Shown here in pieces: positions 47,959 through 63,281 of a DNA stretch of 64,000 nucleotides. The position numbers and the translations under genes are program-made. Numbering within the stretch: position 1 is the stretch's first letter; each line of letters begins with the position of its first letter. Source of the stretch: Paraphysomonas bandaiensis (Eukaryota > Protista > Chrysophyceae); assembly GCA_965644295.1 (NCBI GenBank), contig CBFFRP010000042.1, positions 1 to 64,000 on the forward strand. Direction: 5' to 3'. The notes beneath the pieces are model-generated. The model had not been told where the DNA came from and did no database searches. It worked only from the letters and a program-made list of their open reading frames with translations.

Positions 47959-50900
47959 CTATATATCGATATTCAACGTCAAATTATCTTTTTTGTCGAA
48001 AGACACATACATTCTGCGAACAAGGTTGAGAGCAAACTGCTCTGCAGCTTCTTGATCAACCAGACCCAAAGACGGCAGTCGCAAGTTTAACGGAAGGGTC
48101 ATGCTATATCTCGAATCACTGGTGAGTGCAGTCGCTTGAAGGGGGGGCAAATCGAAGCATAATATCGGGTCATTTTCTGATACTCTCAGTACTACAAACA
48201 CGCCGTTAGTAAGTCTTGGGTCCTTGCTCGGTCCACGAAGAGGGAGGAAGACACCAGTTCGTAATATGTCAAAGCTCTCCTGAGGTGTATCATTCGTTTT
48301 CTGTTCAGTAAGCGAACTCTCATCAACCACCATGCGCGATTCTCCCTCTGAATTCTTCGGGCGAACTGTCAAGAGTGAAGATCGCCTTGGCTGCTTCGTA
48401 CTCTCACACACGAAGGAAATCGAGTAGTTGCCACCAATCTTCCTGACAGAAGTAATGTCAATAAGACTTTCCCCAAGTTTCACAAGGTCAACATGGTCCT
48501 TCTCATCAACACTCTGCGCACGCATGAGGGTAACCCTACGGCCAATCATACGCTCCATACACACCGCCCGTATGGAGCCATATGCCCAGGGCAGGAACGC
48601 TCTCCAGTCGTACATCCCATCTTCGTCACACTGGGCACTAGCAATGACAGCGGCAACCTCCCGATCCGACAGTTGGAGCCGCGGAATACTTTTAAGCACG
48701 TCGTGTAGAACGTCATGTGACACCAAGCCATCTGTAGATACCGCACTGCTTAGCTCCTTGGTGAGAAAAGTCTCAATCGCTTCCCTACCGGCGCCTTTCA
48801 TTGCGCTATTTCCGTCCACACTACTCCCTGATAATACTTTGGCTCGTTTCTGCATTTCATTGCTATCGTACATTTTCGCAATGAGATCCGCAGAATAGTA
48901 GGCAAACTCACGATAGTCGATACCTATGCCCGGGCTCTGGAAAGAGTCCGCCCATGAAATAAGAGTCATGATTTGAGCAATATGCAACCGCAACTGCGAA
49001 ATTGATTCCAGCACACGCACTACATTTTTCACAGGAAGAAAGAAGACAGGTTCACTTGAGTTCCTCTCGATGCGCAGTTGTTCAGCCTCATCCGCAAATC
49101 TCGCAAGAAGGTGCTTAGCCAAGGCGCTAGGCTCGACTTCCTCCAGCATTCCACGCATCAACGATGCCATGCGTATATTCTTAATTATGTGATAAATCTC
49201 TGTAGCAGTTTTGTTGTATCGCGAAGTTGTGTCGGTAGCATTTGCATGCAAAGTTTTCTCGGCTAAAGACTCGATAAGACTGCGACCTTTTTTGTGCCTA
49301 TCGCGTAATATCTCCGCAATAAATATATTCGCCTCTGTCCGATTGAGACCATTGCGAGGGTTTTTGGCCGCCTCAACAAGCATGGAACGCTGCACATCTT
49401 CATTTGCGATCGTTTCAATAATTTCAAATTCGCGAACGAAATTATCCGCAGCATTCCTAACTTCATCTTCCCATGAAGCCGATAGGGAAAGTACTTTCTC
49501 CCGAACCAACTTTTCACGTTTCTCTTTTTCCTCTCTCGCATGATTTTTAGCCCTTGCTGCCTAAAATAAGAGTTTTAAACATAGAAACACACCGTTGATA
49601 TGCCCACACCTCAAGAATATCAACACAAATAGGAATAAACTCTTCATAGTCAACATAACCATCTCCATTGGTGTCACACTCAGACATAAGAATAAACAGT
49701 TGAAACTGCGACAAATGGATATCGAGGGACATGAAAAGTGCCTCTAACTCAGGATACTCCAGTGAGCCGCTACCGTCTTTATCGGCCAGTGTAAATATAG
49801 ATTTAAGATGCTTCTCAAAGGACTTGATTTCAGACTTATCCAATTCTTTTTCAGTCGATTCTACAGTACCATGGATCGCTCGCTGGAGAAGCCGAATATG
49901 CTTCTCTCTCTCCAAATGAAGCAAGTTATTCATACAAAACTCACAAAACTCGTCAAAACTAATGGCACCGTTATTGTTGTAGTCCGCAATAGCCATCAGA
50001 GATAGAATCTCACCAGGGGATAGTTGTAGATCCATGGATTCGAGCATAGCCCTGAACTGCTTGGCATTTAGTTCACCCTTTTTGTCGATATCATACGATT
50101 TGAATAGCGACTGAAGGCGACTGACAAATACTTCTGGAGATGTACCATTCAGCAGCACCTCGGGAGAAAGGTCTGACGTTTCGATCAGTTCGGCGCGCTG
50201 CCGAAGCGCCCTTGGCTCAAACATAAGCTCAATAGTCTTTGCGGCAACAGGGGCAAAATGAAGATAGTTTACCTTTCCATCAACAACCTCAGCTTCCGAT
50301 GCAATGACCATAACTTGCAATCTGCTGAGAGAAAGACGAGGGGACGAAATCATGATATTAATCAACGATCGCAACGGCAGCCATCCTGTTAATATGCTGT
50401 CGTCATCCTTATCAACACTAAACCCAGTACGCATGTCCATATCTTGGTTGAGCAACTGCCGCTCCTCGTCTCTACAGAGCTGCATAAGGTACCTGTGGAT
50501 GTCGTTCCCTTGGCTCTCGAGAACCATGTTCCGCATGGCAGCAATTTTAACTTTATATAGGATATTTCTAAAATCTTTATACACCAATCGCCCAAAAGGA
50601 TCCTTGGGCAGAGACTGGGCAATCATGTTGATTTCGGAATTCGTAAGACCACTCGACTGCGAAACAGACTTAAGGCACTTTCTCAGCTCACTGGGCCGCA
50701 GTGCACCACTTCCACGGATGTCGAATTGCTTCACGTGCTCAAAAAATGCAACGGCAATGCGCTGAACTTCTTCGCGGTTAACTTTGTGTAACACTTCATC
50801 CTCGACCGCGCTCTCAAGTAATTCCTGGCTGCTCTTAGCGCGTGTACGAGCACGAAATGCTTGAATCATATCCACGGCCAGTGGTACAAATTCATGATAA

Positions 50901-52399
50901 TCAATGAATCCATTTTCATTTTCGTCCGCCTCAGCAATTACAAACCTCAGTTCCTGTGCAGATATACCGACTTCAATGCGCTCCATCAATCCCTGAAACT
51001 CATCGTAGGTAAGGTATCCATTGTTCTCAGTGTCTGCCTCTTGAAACATAGTAACTAGCATGCCACGAAGCGACTGCAAGTCCTCTGTGGTTGTTGGCTT
51101 CATATTAGCGGTATTGATATTATCATAGGCCATATCAAGGGTGATTCGGCGCTCTCCAAGCACCTTATAAGGCTCAAATGCCGTCAGTGCACGGAGAACA
51201 ATTGTCTCATCGTAGTCCTTGCTAGTATACACGCGGAGTGTACAGTTGCAAGTGTCACCCAGTACAGGAACTGGACGGGTAGCTAGCATGAAGTATGATT
51301 CGGCGAGCTCGTCTGAGTCGTCTTCAATGATAATAGATCGTGATTTTGACAAGCTCGGTCGAAGGCTCTTCTCATCACCACGAATCACGGGTTTTCCGAG
51401 TAAACTAGCGGCTGAAACTTCCACTTCGTCGTCGAAATTGTCTAACTCTTCTGACTGATCGTCTTCCTTGACGGTTGTTTCCTCCTCTACTTTCTCCTCA
51501 CTCTCGTCCTCATCCCGTGTCGCCCCAGCACGGGAAAGGGAAGAACGCAGTTTTGGCGGAACTTCCAAAAGACTCACCGAGTCGCTGGTAGACGCCACAG
51601 AGTTGGTAGTGGAGAGCTGGGCGGCCGAGGCGGACCGCATTGAGCCCATAGGGGAGGTTTTGCTAAGGAGAGAGGGATGTGTGCGCTGCGGCAATGTCGA
51701 GCCCAGCGCGAGAGAAGGATGCACAGGAGGGAGAGGTCCGGAACGAAGCTTCTTTGGGCAATCGATAATATGACCGGCGGTGTTGTCAGTACGGCTATTA
51801 GCAACATATGAGAAACATAAAACTAGTACTCGTTACGCACATACCGTCCTCGCATGAAAGTCTTATGATGCTCAAAGGAATCATCGAAGAGCTTCTTCGA
51901 ATAATATGGTTTTATCTTAGCAAGACGCTCTTTCATATACATATTCTCGCGCTGAATCTTATCAACACCCCGCTGCCGGGCAATAGCTTTTAAACGCTTC
52001 ATGTGTTGTGTTCCGACACTGATCTTTCGCATGTGATCTTTCATTTCACACAGTATCCTGCTATCAGTCGTTTCAACTTTATTTATCCGCGAATAAATAA
52101 TTTCATTATGCTTCAACAATTCCAAAGCTTTCAGCTGTTGTGTCTGTCGTTTCCATGCTTGATTTTCAAGGAAATCATAGACCTTCATCTTGGTGTCTGT
52201 TCTCGGCTGGGCATTAACCACTCTCTGCCGGTGCACTTTATACAGGTTCTCAATCTGTGTACGAATTATGAGAGGAGCAGAGCACTCGCATATGACTTAC
52301 ACTCTCTTGATATAGTTTCTTATTGACGTATAATGGCTCGCGATTAATGACACTCTTACGCTCGTGGAAATAAGAGCTCTTGCCATCGTAATGGGTCAT
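47959..52399 (-). CDS. Large multi-EF-hand protein with an N-terminal CFAP97/Hemingway-like domain, multi-exon
   Basis: EF-hand loops DTENNGYLTYDE, DENENGFIDYHE, DIDKKGELNAKQ, DYNNNGAISFDE, DKDGSGSLEYPE and DTNGDGYVDYEE. N-terminal HRQRV...KIQRENMYMKERLAKIKPYY. GT-AG introns join the ORFs. Confidence 0.72.
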
Positions 52400-52873
52400 G
52401 GTTCTGCTGCAGTCCGGTGCAGTCGATATGCACTAAACACTTACCCTATAATAGAAACAATACTGGTGTGAACCATGCACAATATATACTACAGTGCACA
52501 GTCTGTGTTTGACAGATGTATGTATGTATATGTATATATGATGATGTCCACTGCAGTGTCTAGTCTTGACACACAGTCTCATATACACTTCGTATGAATG
52601 AAGTCAGGTGATGTTATGTATGGAAATACAGGAAGACGAAGTCAACAGAACACTTTGTGAAACTGACACATCACATGCTGTATACTGGTGGTATACACGG
52701 TAGTTTCACTATATAAAATACTGAAAAATATACAGTTGGAATACTGGACTATACCGCATTGGAACTTGAAGGTGAAGTAGATGTTGTAGTTGTGCAGTAT
52801 ACATTCTGTAGGAACCAAACTTACCTATCATTTCTTATCATATTGTCATTTTCAGTTTGTCTCTTCAAGATCT

Positions 52874-52888
52874 GGAAGTTTCGAGAAG
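52874..52888. promoter_or_regulatory. Heat-shock element (three inverted nGAAn units) upstream of BiP
   Basis: gGAAg tTTCg aGAAg is a perfect match, ~120 bp before the ATG at 53010. Confidence 0.6.
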
Positions 52889-53003
52889 GCATGGGGTCAG
52901 TGCCGCATCTTCTGACGCGTGGAAGTATATTCCAATCTGCAATAATCTTTACAACATAACTCTCATTATTTAATTGAAGACAATAGTTGATACGGTATAT
53001 TAG

Positions 53004-55054
<2,051 letters not shown>

Positions 55055-56213
55055 GTTAGATTGAGGGGTGTAGATTAATAGTTTCCTTATCTCACTTTTC
55101 GTTGGTTTGGAGTCACTTTAGGTATAGAAGTTTTTAGCAAGAATGAGATCGTAATAATACCTTCTCTGTTACTTTAAAACTTTAAAATAGATCCGATTTG
55201 GAGCTAATATTGAAGCGTTCTATAACATAGCACATATTAGGTAAAAAAGTTAAGTTGTCCTTGCTATATGCAATTGAAAGCTTAGTTTTAAGGATTTTAA
55301 CCGTAACTGAAAGAATAAGGTAGTTGAAAAAAGGCCTGGCAACCGTTAATAGTAATGTCATCATTATATTTCGAGTAGTCATTGGTGAGGAGGGTGATGA
55401 CATGTATCTCGTTGCTGGAAAGGATTTTTCAGGCCTACGCTGTGTCGCACGGGTATATGGAGAACATTATAAGTCGTTTGCAACGTAAGAGTCAGTGTGG
55501 ACTGTCTAACAGGGTTGCAAATATCATCCACTGTAGTGCTATCAGACATATCAGATCGCAAGATTATGATTGTTTGTGTAATGTACCTAATATTGAATGT
55601 AGCCCACTAGGGCAAGCCTCATATCCCTTCCAGTAGTAGTGACAGTAGTATTAAATGTCTTTAAAAACATGTTCCCTTCACACCTACTGCAGTATTTATT
55701 GCAAAAAGCATCAAAAACTCAATATAAATCGACATTTTCAAAATTTCACCAGTTTTAGAGCGTTTCTCCAGGTTTCTTCATCACATCAACTTATTATTGG
55801 TTCTCATACTACAGTTAGCTACTACTGTATTCTTTGAGTAACGGATATAATTCTAATATCTTGGAAACTACAGCTTTTAATTGCTCACAAACAGCAAAAC
55901 TCAACACACATTGCAATAGTAATGTTGGGCCGGCTTGAAAAGTACATCAATATTGTTTAGGGGAATTGTTCCCTAGCCCAGGTATATAAGGAGTAAATAG
56001 ATAGAATTTGTACCACATTGCTTATTATAGCAGTTCACGCAGTCACTTCACAAACTATGACAAAAATTATGAGCTGTAAGAAATAAAAGATCAGTCATGC
56101 AACTAACATAATCTTTCACAAAAAGTAGAACAAAAGAGGCAAAAAATTAGAGATGGGTATAGGAAACAAGCTTCTACTATAACACCATTATTGCTTATAC
56201 GGCATTAACTATA

Positions 56214-58951
56214 CTACACAACATTGTCTCTGTCCATTTCGTCCTCATCTACAATAGCAGTCCTATTAGTATCACATTCGTCATCTTTCATTGGCAACAA
56301 TTGGAAATATTCGAATCCTCTGTAGTTTGTTTTCGAATCGCGTAGACCCAGAGCAATGAGTCGCGATCGGGCCATGTGTACAGACATTTGTTGATACAGA
56401 CAGAACGCAAGAGATGGAGAATCTTTGTCCATACGTATCATGGTATCGCGGTCGAATGTCCAGAGCTCGGTACCATCGCACATACTCACAAAATCACATT
56501 GTTCAGGAGACTGTGTTACGAAAGATGTCATCATCTCCATGTGACCTGTACCCTTCAGTCCCCATCGCTGCCCAGCTCTCTTGGATGCCAATGGTCGCTT
56601 GGCCCTCATCTCAATTACCCCCTGTCTGATAATGAAGAATTGATCGTGCTTCACCCCACCTCTGAACACTCGCTGTCCTTTGCCAGCCTTAATTTTCGTA
56701 GCATAGTCCTGGAGTCCTGGAGGAAGACCGAGTAACTGTGGTAAACGCAAAAACTCATCATCACTAAGACCCCACTGGGCTTTTCGCAGGTATGCAGCCT
56801 CAGAAGGATTACATTTTCCCTCAAATTCTTCCGCAGGATTGAACACACCCCGCGCTGGTTCCTCATTCTCCACAGAAGATTCGTAAAGGAAGCGAGCCAG
56901 AATATCATCTTCACAGAGCTCCATTGCTCTACCCACGTCATCATAGAAAGGGTACCTATTGCACCCCTCTAACCCCGACCCAAACACACCTTCAATACAG
57001 TTATCAAAGTGAAGATCACATTTTGTGATGACACCATTTCCGTCTGACGAGACGAATTGGGTTCTACCGGCCGCTCCTTGTTAACAACACTTGGCAAACG
57101 AACAGATGGATCTGCAGGAAGCAGCCCTATGCGCATAAGACACAACGTTTGATGCTCTGATAGATTTTAGCAAAAAGTAGAAGGCCTCCACTAGATGTTA
57201 CCTCTAGGTACAACTTCTTCAGCGTTTCCGCTGAGCCCGCATCCATGTTGAGAGTCTCTTGAAAGTCCAGCACTACATACTCTGCATTTTCGCCCGCCAG
57301 GCCAATATATTTTCTAACTTTGTACATAACTTTCTGCACTGAACCGAAAAACAAAACACCACATAAACGAAGGACTAAGATTCGGTGCCCTTCACGATCT
57401 AAAAGTTTTTCTTCTTCTGCAGTACGGGCGGATGCAGAACGACGGGATGCGGCTGTGAATAGCGCCTTTACAGTCCCTGCCTGAGAAGTCTGAACTACAA
57501 ACACTCCGCATGCAATGATCACTGATACTATGATACTTCCTAAACGATTTTGAGTAATTGCTGCAATCATCACAGCAACTAGCACCAGGATAAATTCAAT
57601 CCAGTGCATTTTGCTATGTGCCTGTAGAACCCACGCGTTGAATAAACTCCAACCGATATTTAAAAATATTCCGCCTAGAAAAAATTTGGGTACAACTTTC
57701 TGCAGCTGTGTTGGTGCTCCAGCCAGCCATACCACAAGTACAAAACCAGCCGTTACAAGAGGAGCCAGGCGATGAGAGCCACCATCCCTGCAAACACTGA
57801 TGCTGGTACCTAGCTGGTGAAATACAGGCACACCTCCGACAGACGCGGTGGCTAGATTACAGATAGACAGAGAAAGCAGCTCTGCATCTTTGTCTACACC
57901 TGTAGGAATATCTGATGATTCTATGCCTGATATATTGAGTAAACTGGACACCCAGATAATAAATACCATGCCGATACAGTCTGGTAGCGACGCCAAGACA
58001 GCGCCCCAATGAACAGACCCAAGAGTGTAGCTGTCCCATTGATCCGACAAGTCCGCACTGTCTCCTGCATCATACAGCCACCCTTCGTCTGCCAAATACG
58101 TGGATGTATACCCAGCTGCTCCAACCACGAGCCAAAAACCAAGGGCACAGCAAGCATATAGATAACCCCCCACAGAGGACGCAACCAACTCGGAAAAATA
58201 TCTTTAACAGCCTCTTTAAAGGTGCCTAGATGGTACATACCTAGAAAATAACATACTCCGCAGGCCGTTTGAGCCATAATCGATCCCAGTCACTTGGCCA
58301 GATATAGTTAAGTTTTACACCTGACATAAGCGAGAGCGCACCTCGAATGCCTGTGTAGCCAATGGATCCCAAAAATGCGCATAGCACGGGATAGGGAAGT
58401 AGCATGATCAGCTTTGACAGCTCGAATTTGTATGCCACAAAGAATGCAACTGCTACGAGGCCAGCGCTGATGAGCTGAAGCCACAACAGCGTGGGTACTA
58501 CCTCATTGTCACTGTCAACTGTTTCCACTACCTTGGCTGCCATTGCTGCAATCAATATAGAAGAAGTGTCTTGTGGAGTACATAAGGAAAACGGAATGCG
58601 GGAAAACAAGGCATTTACAATCAAAGATATACCACAGCAAAAGAGCATTATGTTGATTCCATTAGCCATAGCTTCTTCGAGAGTAGGATCTCCCGGTGCT
58701 TCAAATATCAATGATGCGAATACAATCATCCCTAACGTGATCTTCACAGCAGCAATTATTCCCGCAAATATATTCGGCAGAATTTCATCCGATGAGGGAA
58801 TAATTTCATCAGTTGAGGGAAAAATTAATCCAATTTTCTCTTTTTTTCCTATATTAGTCAATGATGGACTGTTTGCTTTGGATGTAGAGGGTTTCGGTGT
58901 GGACGAATTTTGGCTGTCCAGTAGGACCGTTGACATGTTTTGCTTTTGCAT
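56214..58951 (-). CDS. SulP/SLC26 anion transporter with STAS and cyclic-nucleotide-binding domains; about four apparent frameshifts (assembly error or young pseudogene)
   Basis: LPYPVLCAFLGSIG, DAELLSLSICNL, VPKFFLGGIFL, STAS LRLCGVLFFGS..VVLDF, and cNMP-like QRVFRGG..FFIIRQGVIE. Confidence 0.8.
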
Positions 58952-60525
58952 GAGGAGATGCTGGTCAATACGAAGCAGTTAAAGTAACACACTTGATAGG
59001 GGTGTCATCTAATTGTAGTAGACGGCTTATAGAGTATAAGGTGAAGAGAGTCCTGATACTACTATCACATAAGCCGCATCGATTGCACAAGATACCCCCG
59101 AATCTATAACCGTATGTCCTTTTCAATTGGGAAAAACAGGTTCAAGTGGAGTATCAAGTGTGTACGCAGAGTCATGTACAGCAGTGCGCCCATTAGAGGT
59201 CCTTGCAGGGGCCAACCACTGTATTACAGTATCATCTACGTGATACTGTTGTATACACCAGTACAGTATACGGTACAGTATACGGTCAGGAGTTGGATTC
59301 AGTGCGTGGACTCATAGAGCAGCATCGACAGCTACAGTCAGAACAAACAATGAGAATGGCAGCAGTGACTCCTCAGAATGTGATAGCAATTCCTGTCCTG
59401 ATTACAGCACTAGTGACTTGTCTGATAATGGCAATGGCACATTATTAACATCGCGTGCTTATCGTTGATTGTAGAATGCACAGTCTACTTGTTTAGTGAT
59501 GGTGTATATATATACATATATAGAAATAATCTAATAATAATAGATACATTATACCCTTCACCGCTGCGTTGCCAATTCTCTATAGGTTCAGAATTCAGGT
59601 ACCTACAGGTCTTTCGTCTTATACCTATAGGCAGCGAGAAGCACTACCTATAGACAGTACCTAAGCCTGCGATACCTATAGGTAGGGCTTGAGGTACCTA
59701 TAGGTAGGTACCTAACTTTTATCACCTATATGCAGGGTAGCTACTTATACCTATAGGTGGTGACAGCTAGGCACCTACCTATAGGAAGGGTCATTAGGCA
59801 TGACTATTGGTGGGTACCTATTAGGTATCTGCGGTGGGCCTATAGGTAGGTAGATAATTCTCTGGTCTGAAATATAGCCCAACAAAAAGTTACACCTTTC
59901 TAGCTAGCACCCCGCTCAATGGTTCTATTGTGGCCGTGGTTGCATCACAATGGCTTGTCCTTCCTCAATTTGGGGCCCCTCACCCGGACTCAGTCGATGT
60001 TTGCAATGCACCCCCACTCAGATGAAAACCTCTTTAGCTCATGTTGTACACGCTACACTACCCCTTTACCGGTCTTCAGATGCCCAATCACCCATACTTT
60101 TGAAGTTACATCACGCGCATGCACATCTGCAGTGACCTACCTCTCAGGTAGATACCGTATCTGTTCTCCCCATTATCTATCGCTACATACTCTCCTGCTA
60201 CCTCATTCGAGGCAGGTATGTACTATCCAAGACCCCGGACTCCAATCACTCCCCCCTGTTCCCTACCTATCCCCACAAGTCCTAAAAATGCTTCAGTTAA
60301 TAGCATCCACACGAGCCCTATATCAACGGACTTATCTCTGCATATCAGCTCAAACACTCCACTCCACCGGCTTCCCACCTATCAAGCAGTCGGTTCATTA
60401 TTCTCATTGGACACACACTTTGCTCTCTAGACATCCACGCACATTTCGGACGAACCATCACTCCCGTTCGCTGTAGTATAGGTATACAGCCGGTAGTCCT
60501 ACCTCACTATTGCCCGCCACACACC

Positions 60526-62465
60526 CAGGCTTGCGTAACCATTAATGGTAATGGCCATTAATGGCCATTAATGGCCTTCCCCCATAAAATGGAAAAAAAG
60601 CAATTCATTAATGGCCATAAAAATGGGGGAGAGATGTAGTGCCCATTAATGGCCATTAATGGCAATATCCATTAGTTAGTATCCAGTTGTCAGCATCATG
60701 CGAGAATACGTGACAAGCCACGACCTTCCGGTGCATTATTAGTTATTAATATATTATATACGTATTTAAGTCATTTAAGCAATCTGTTTTAAGAATTCAT
60801 ATAAATTCTATTGATGTGATAGCAGCACAATCATGTTGTGAATGTTAACATGAATTGATTGTACCACCTTCTTTTCTAGTTTTAAATTCACAGCCCAGCC
60901 ACTTGTCAGCATAAGCAATAAGAACTTTATGTAATATATTATAATACAAAAAGGTAAAGATATGTAAAGACTGTGAGTATATAGTGAATATAAGCAATAA
61001 ACGGAGACGTTTAAACCCTAATTTAAACGAGAAGAAATTACAACACGAGTGGCTCGATCATATTTGCAATGTGTAGGTGGCAACGCATATATAATGTAAT
61101 GAACAAATATTGCATTTTTAATACTTATTAAATCGCCATTTGCTCAGAGTTCTCAGTCATGTTGATCTGCAACTTCATCCATCTCTTGCTTATTATGTTC
61201 CCATTTTTTTCCCCTGATTTTTGACTTAAAAAACTCAAAAAAGAGAAAAAACAATAATATTCCATATTTTAAACCGTCACTTGGACAGCAGTAATAGTAA
61301 AACCACCCATTATATAGATTTAAGAAATGCGATACGCAGCAGGATTACCATAAATGTTCTGTTCAATGCACCATATTAATAAATGAGCAAATTATACGAC
61401 GGCCCTACAATTTACAAAGCCTTTTTCGAGAAAGATGAGTCGGATCCATGCCTGCACATGTGCAAATTGTGCGGTGCAGGTTCAAAGAAACTGAAGCAAA
61501 ATCTTAGCAAAGGCTACACAAGTTGCATTGCCCATGTCAAAGGTAGACATTCAGAAGGCTGGGAACAGGCTTTGAAGAGTGCTTTGGAACAGCAAAAGAC
61601 AAAGGGGGGACCATATCTAGCTATATGGAGAGGACAGTGACAAGGAAAGCCATCAATATTCACAAATGGTTAGAGTGGGTAATTATGGGTGACCAGCCTT
61701 TTTCCTTTGTGGAGAATTCTTTCACTCGAAAGAACACTAATTTGGAGTCGATTTCACGTACAACTCTGATGAAGTATCTTGAAAAACTTGGGTTGTCTCT
61801 GGAGAATGCAATAAAACACATCATCCCCAATTCTTTCGGTCTTATTTTCGATGGTTGGACTTGCGGCTATCTCCTTGCGGCTCATAAGGATGACGATAGC
61901 AGTGGCGATGATGAAACGGGGGAAACAGGAGGATTTGCTGTGGATATAGTGAGAGAAGCTGTGGCAAAAAAGGCAAAGAACAGCAGGAGAGCCACTAAAT
62001 ATCGCTCCATGAATCATTTGGTGACGACTTCCAATATTGTTGAGCGATTATTTAGCAGAGCAAAACTTATTATGAGAGACCAGCGCAAGCTAATGGAACC
62101 CCAACATTTGGAGCTGCTACTCTTTTTGCGTTGCAACAAATTCTTATGGAACGAAGTTACCATTGATGATATTATAGTTGCTGATGATGTTTAAGAATAT
62201 TGTTCGTATTAGCTATCTGACCTGACTGTAACATGGGAACGAACTGCTCATCATTGCTGTTAAATTGCTAGTACTTAGTCTAATTATTAGCACTTTCCAT
62301 TTACTTCTTTCTAAAAAGCAATAAAGCAATAGTAATCAAACCATAAATGGTCCATTAATGGCCATTAATGGCCATAAAAATGGTGGGATTTTTAAAATTA
62401 ATGGCCATAAAAATGGGGGAAGCAATGCGTCGCCATTAATGGCCATTAATGGTTACGCAAGCCTG
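60526..62465 (+). mobile_element. hAT DNA transposon, internally deleted (1940 bp)
   Basis: Perfect 23-bp TIR CAGGCTTGCGTAACCATTAATGG, 8-bp TSD CACACACC (60518-60525, 62466-62473), and subterminal CCATTAATGG arrays. Confidence 0.95.
61383..62194 (+). pseudogene. Truncated hAT transposase (BED finger, DNA-binding region, first catalytic Asp, C-terminal dimerisation region) with a frameshift near 61620
   Basis: CKLC..H....H, WVIMGDQPFSFVEN, and FGLIFDGWT fused almost directly to TTSNIVERLFSRAK..LELLLFLRCN. Confidence 0.85.
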
Positions 62466-63281
62466 CACACACCTGCTCCTTACACTCCACCTGGTTGCTG
62501 TGCTTCTCCTGGTTGCCGTGAGGCACACAAGGCTGTCCCCTATGCAAATTGCACAAAATGTATGTTTAATCTTAAGAGATTCAGTGTGGTAGTGGTTGAC
62601 TTAGATCACTGCTTTCACCTGACATACTGCACTTCTTTGTACAACGTCCCTACACATCTATCATATAGCGAAAATGGTCACACCTTGGTGTTAGCGGCGA
62701 CACACAAGCAGTTCTCGTAGCGTACATGAGTTTACACTATGTAGTAAATGGTAGATGCTTATCTAGCTTGACTAGTTTGTCCATCTAGCTACTAAGGTGG
62801 TGCAGATTTTTAACGCCTATTGCTAATAATAAGTCTTTCAATATATAGGTAGGTAGAGCGACCTATTGGTACCGAATTCGTCCCACCGATGAGCCAAATC
62901 AGCGGAAGAGCCAAATGTACCCACCACAAATGTAGATGTAGACTTCGATAATATAATTCTAATATTTCAACATAAATGAAACCCTAGACTATGAATTGAA
63001 GTGTAGAATGTGGGGAATATTAGTTTATTATTTATTATTATGCATAACCTAGAGCCACTTCAAAGCTCAAGGCTACTACGACCACATTATAAATATACAT
63101 ATCCAGAACTCATTGTATTTCCCAAGATTTATTCAAATTCTCGAATATAATAAATCCGTTCATTGTTTGGGTTGATGTCTGTGCATTAAAAACTACCTGC
63201 TATTGACAGACTAAAATGCCACAAATAACAAATCGTATACAAAGTAACCTAAAACTACTACAGGGATTCAAGATTACCAAA

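Larger units (their letters stand above)
59855..62843 (+). mobile_element. Non-autonomous derivative of the non-LTR family (~1.04 kb without the nested hAT)
   Basis: 14-bp TSD TATAGGTAGGTAGA (59841-59854, 62844-62857), 5' end homologous to 45688 onward, core 62668-62718 and tail ...AAGTCTTTCAATA. Confidence 0.85.
59591..62879. mobile_element. MITE-like element rich in ACCTATAGGT palindromes, split by the retroelement insertion; limits uncertain
   Basis: About 10 exact or degenerate ACCTATAGGT motifs in 59575-59854 plus 62844-62870. Imperfect inverted ends GAATTCAGGTACCTACAGGTC / GACCTATTGGTACCGAATTC. No TSD found. Confidence 0.45.
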
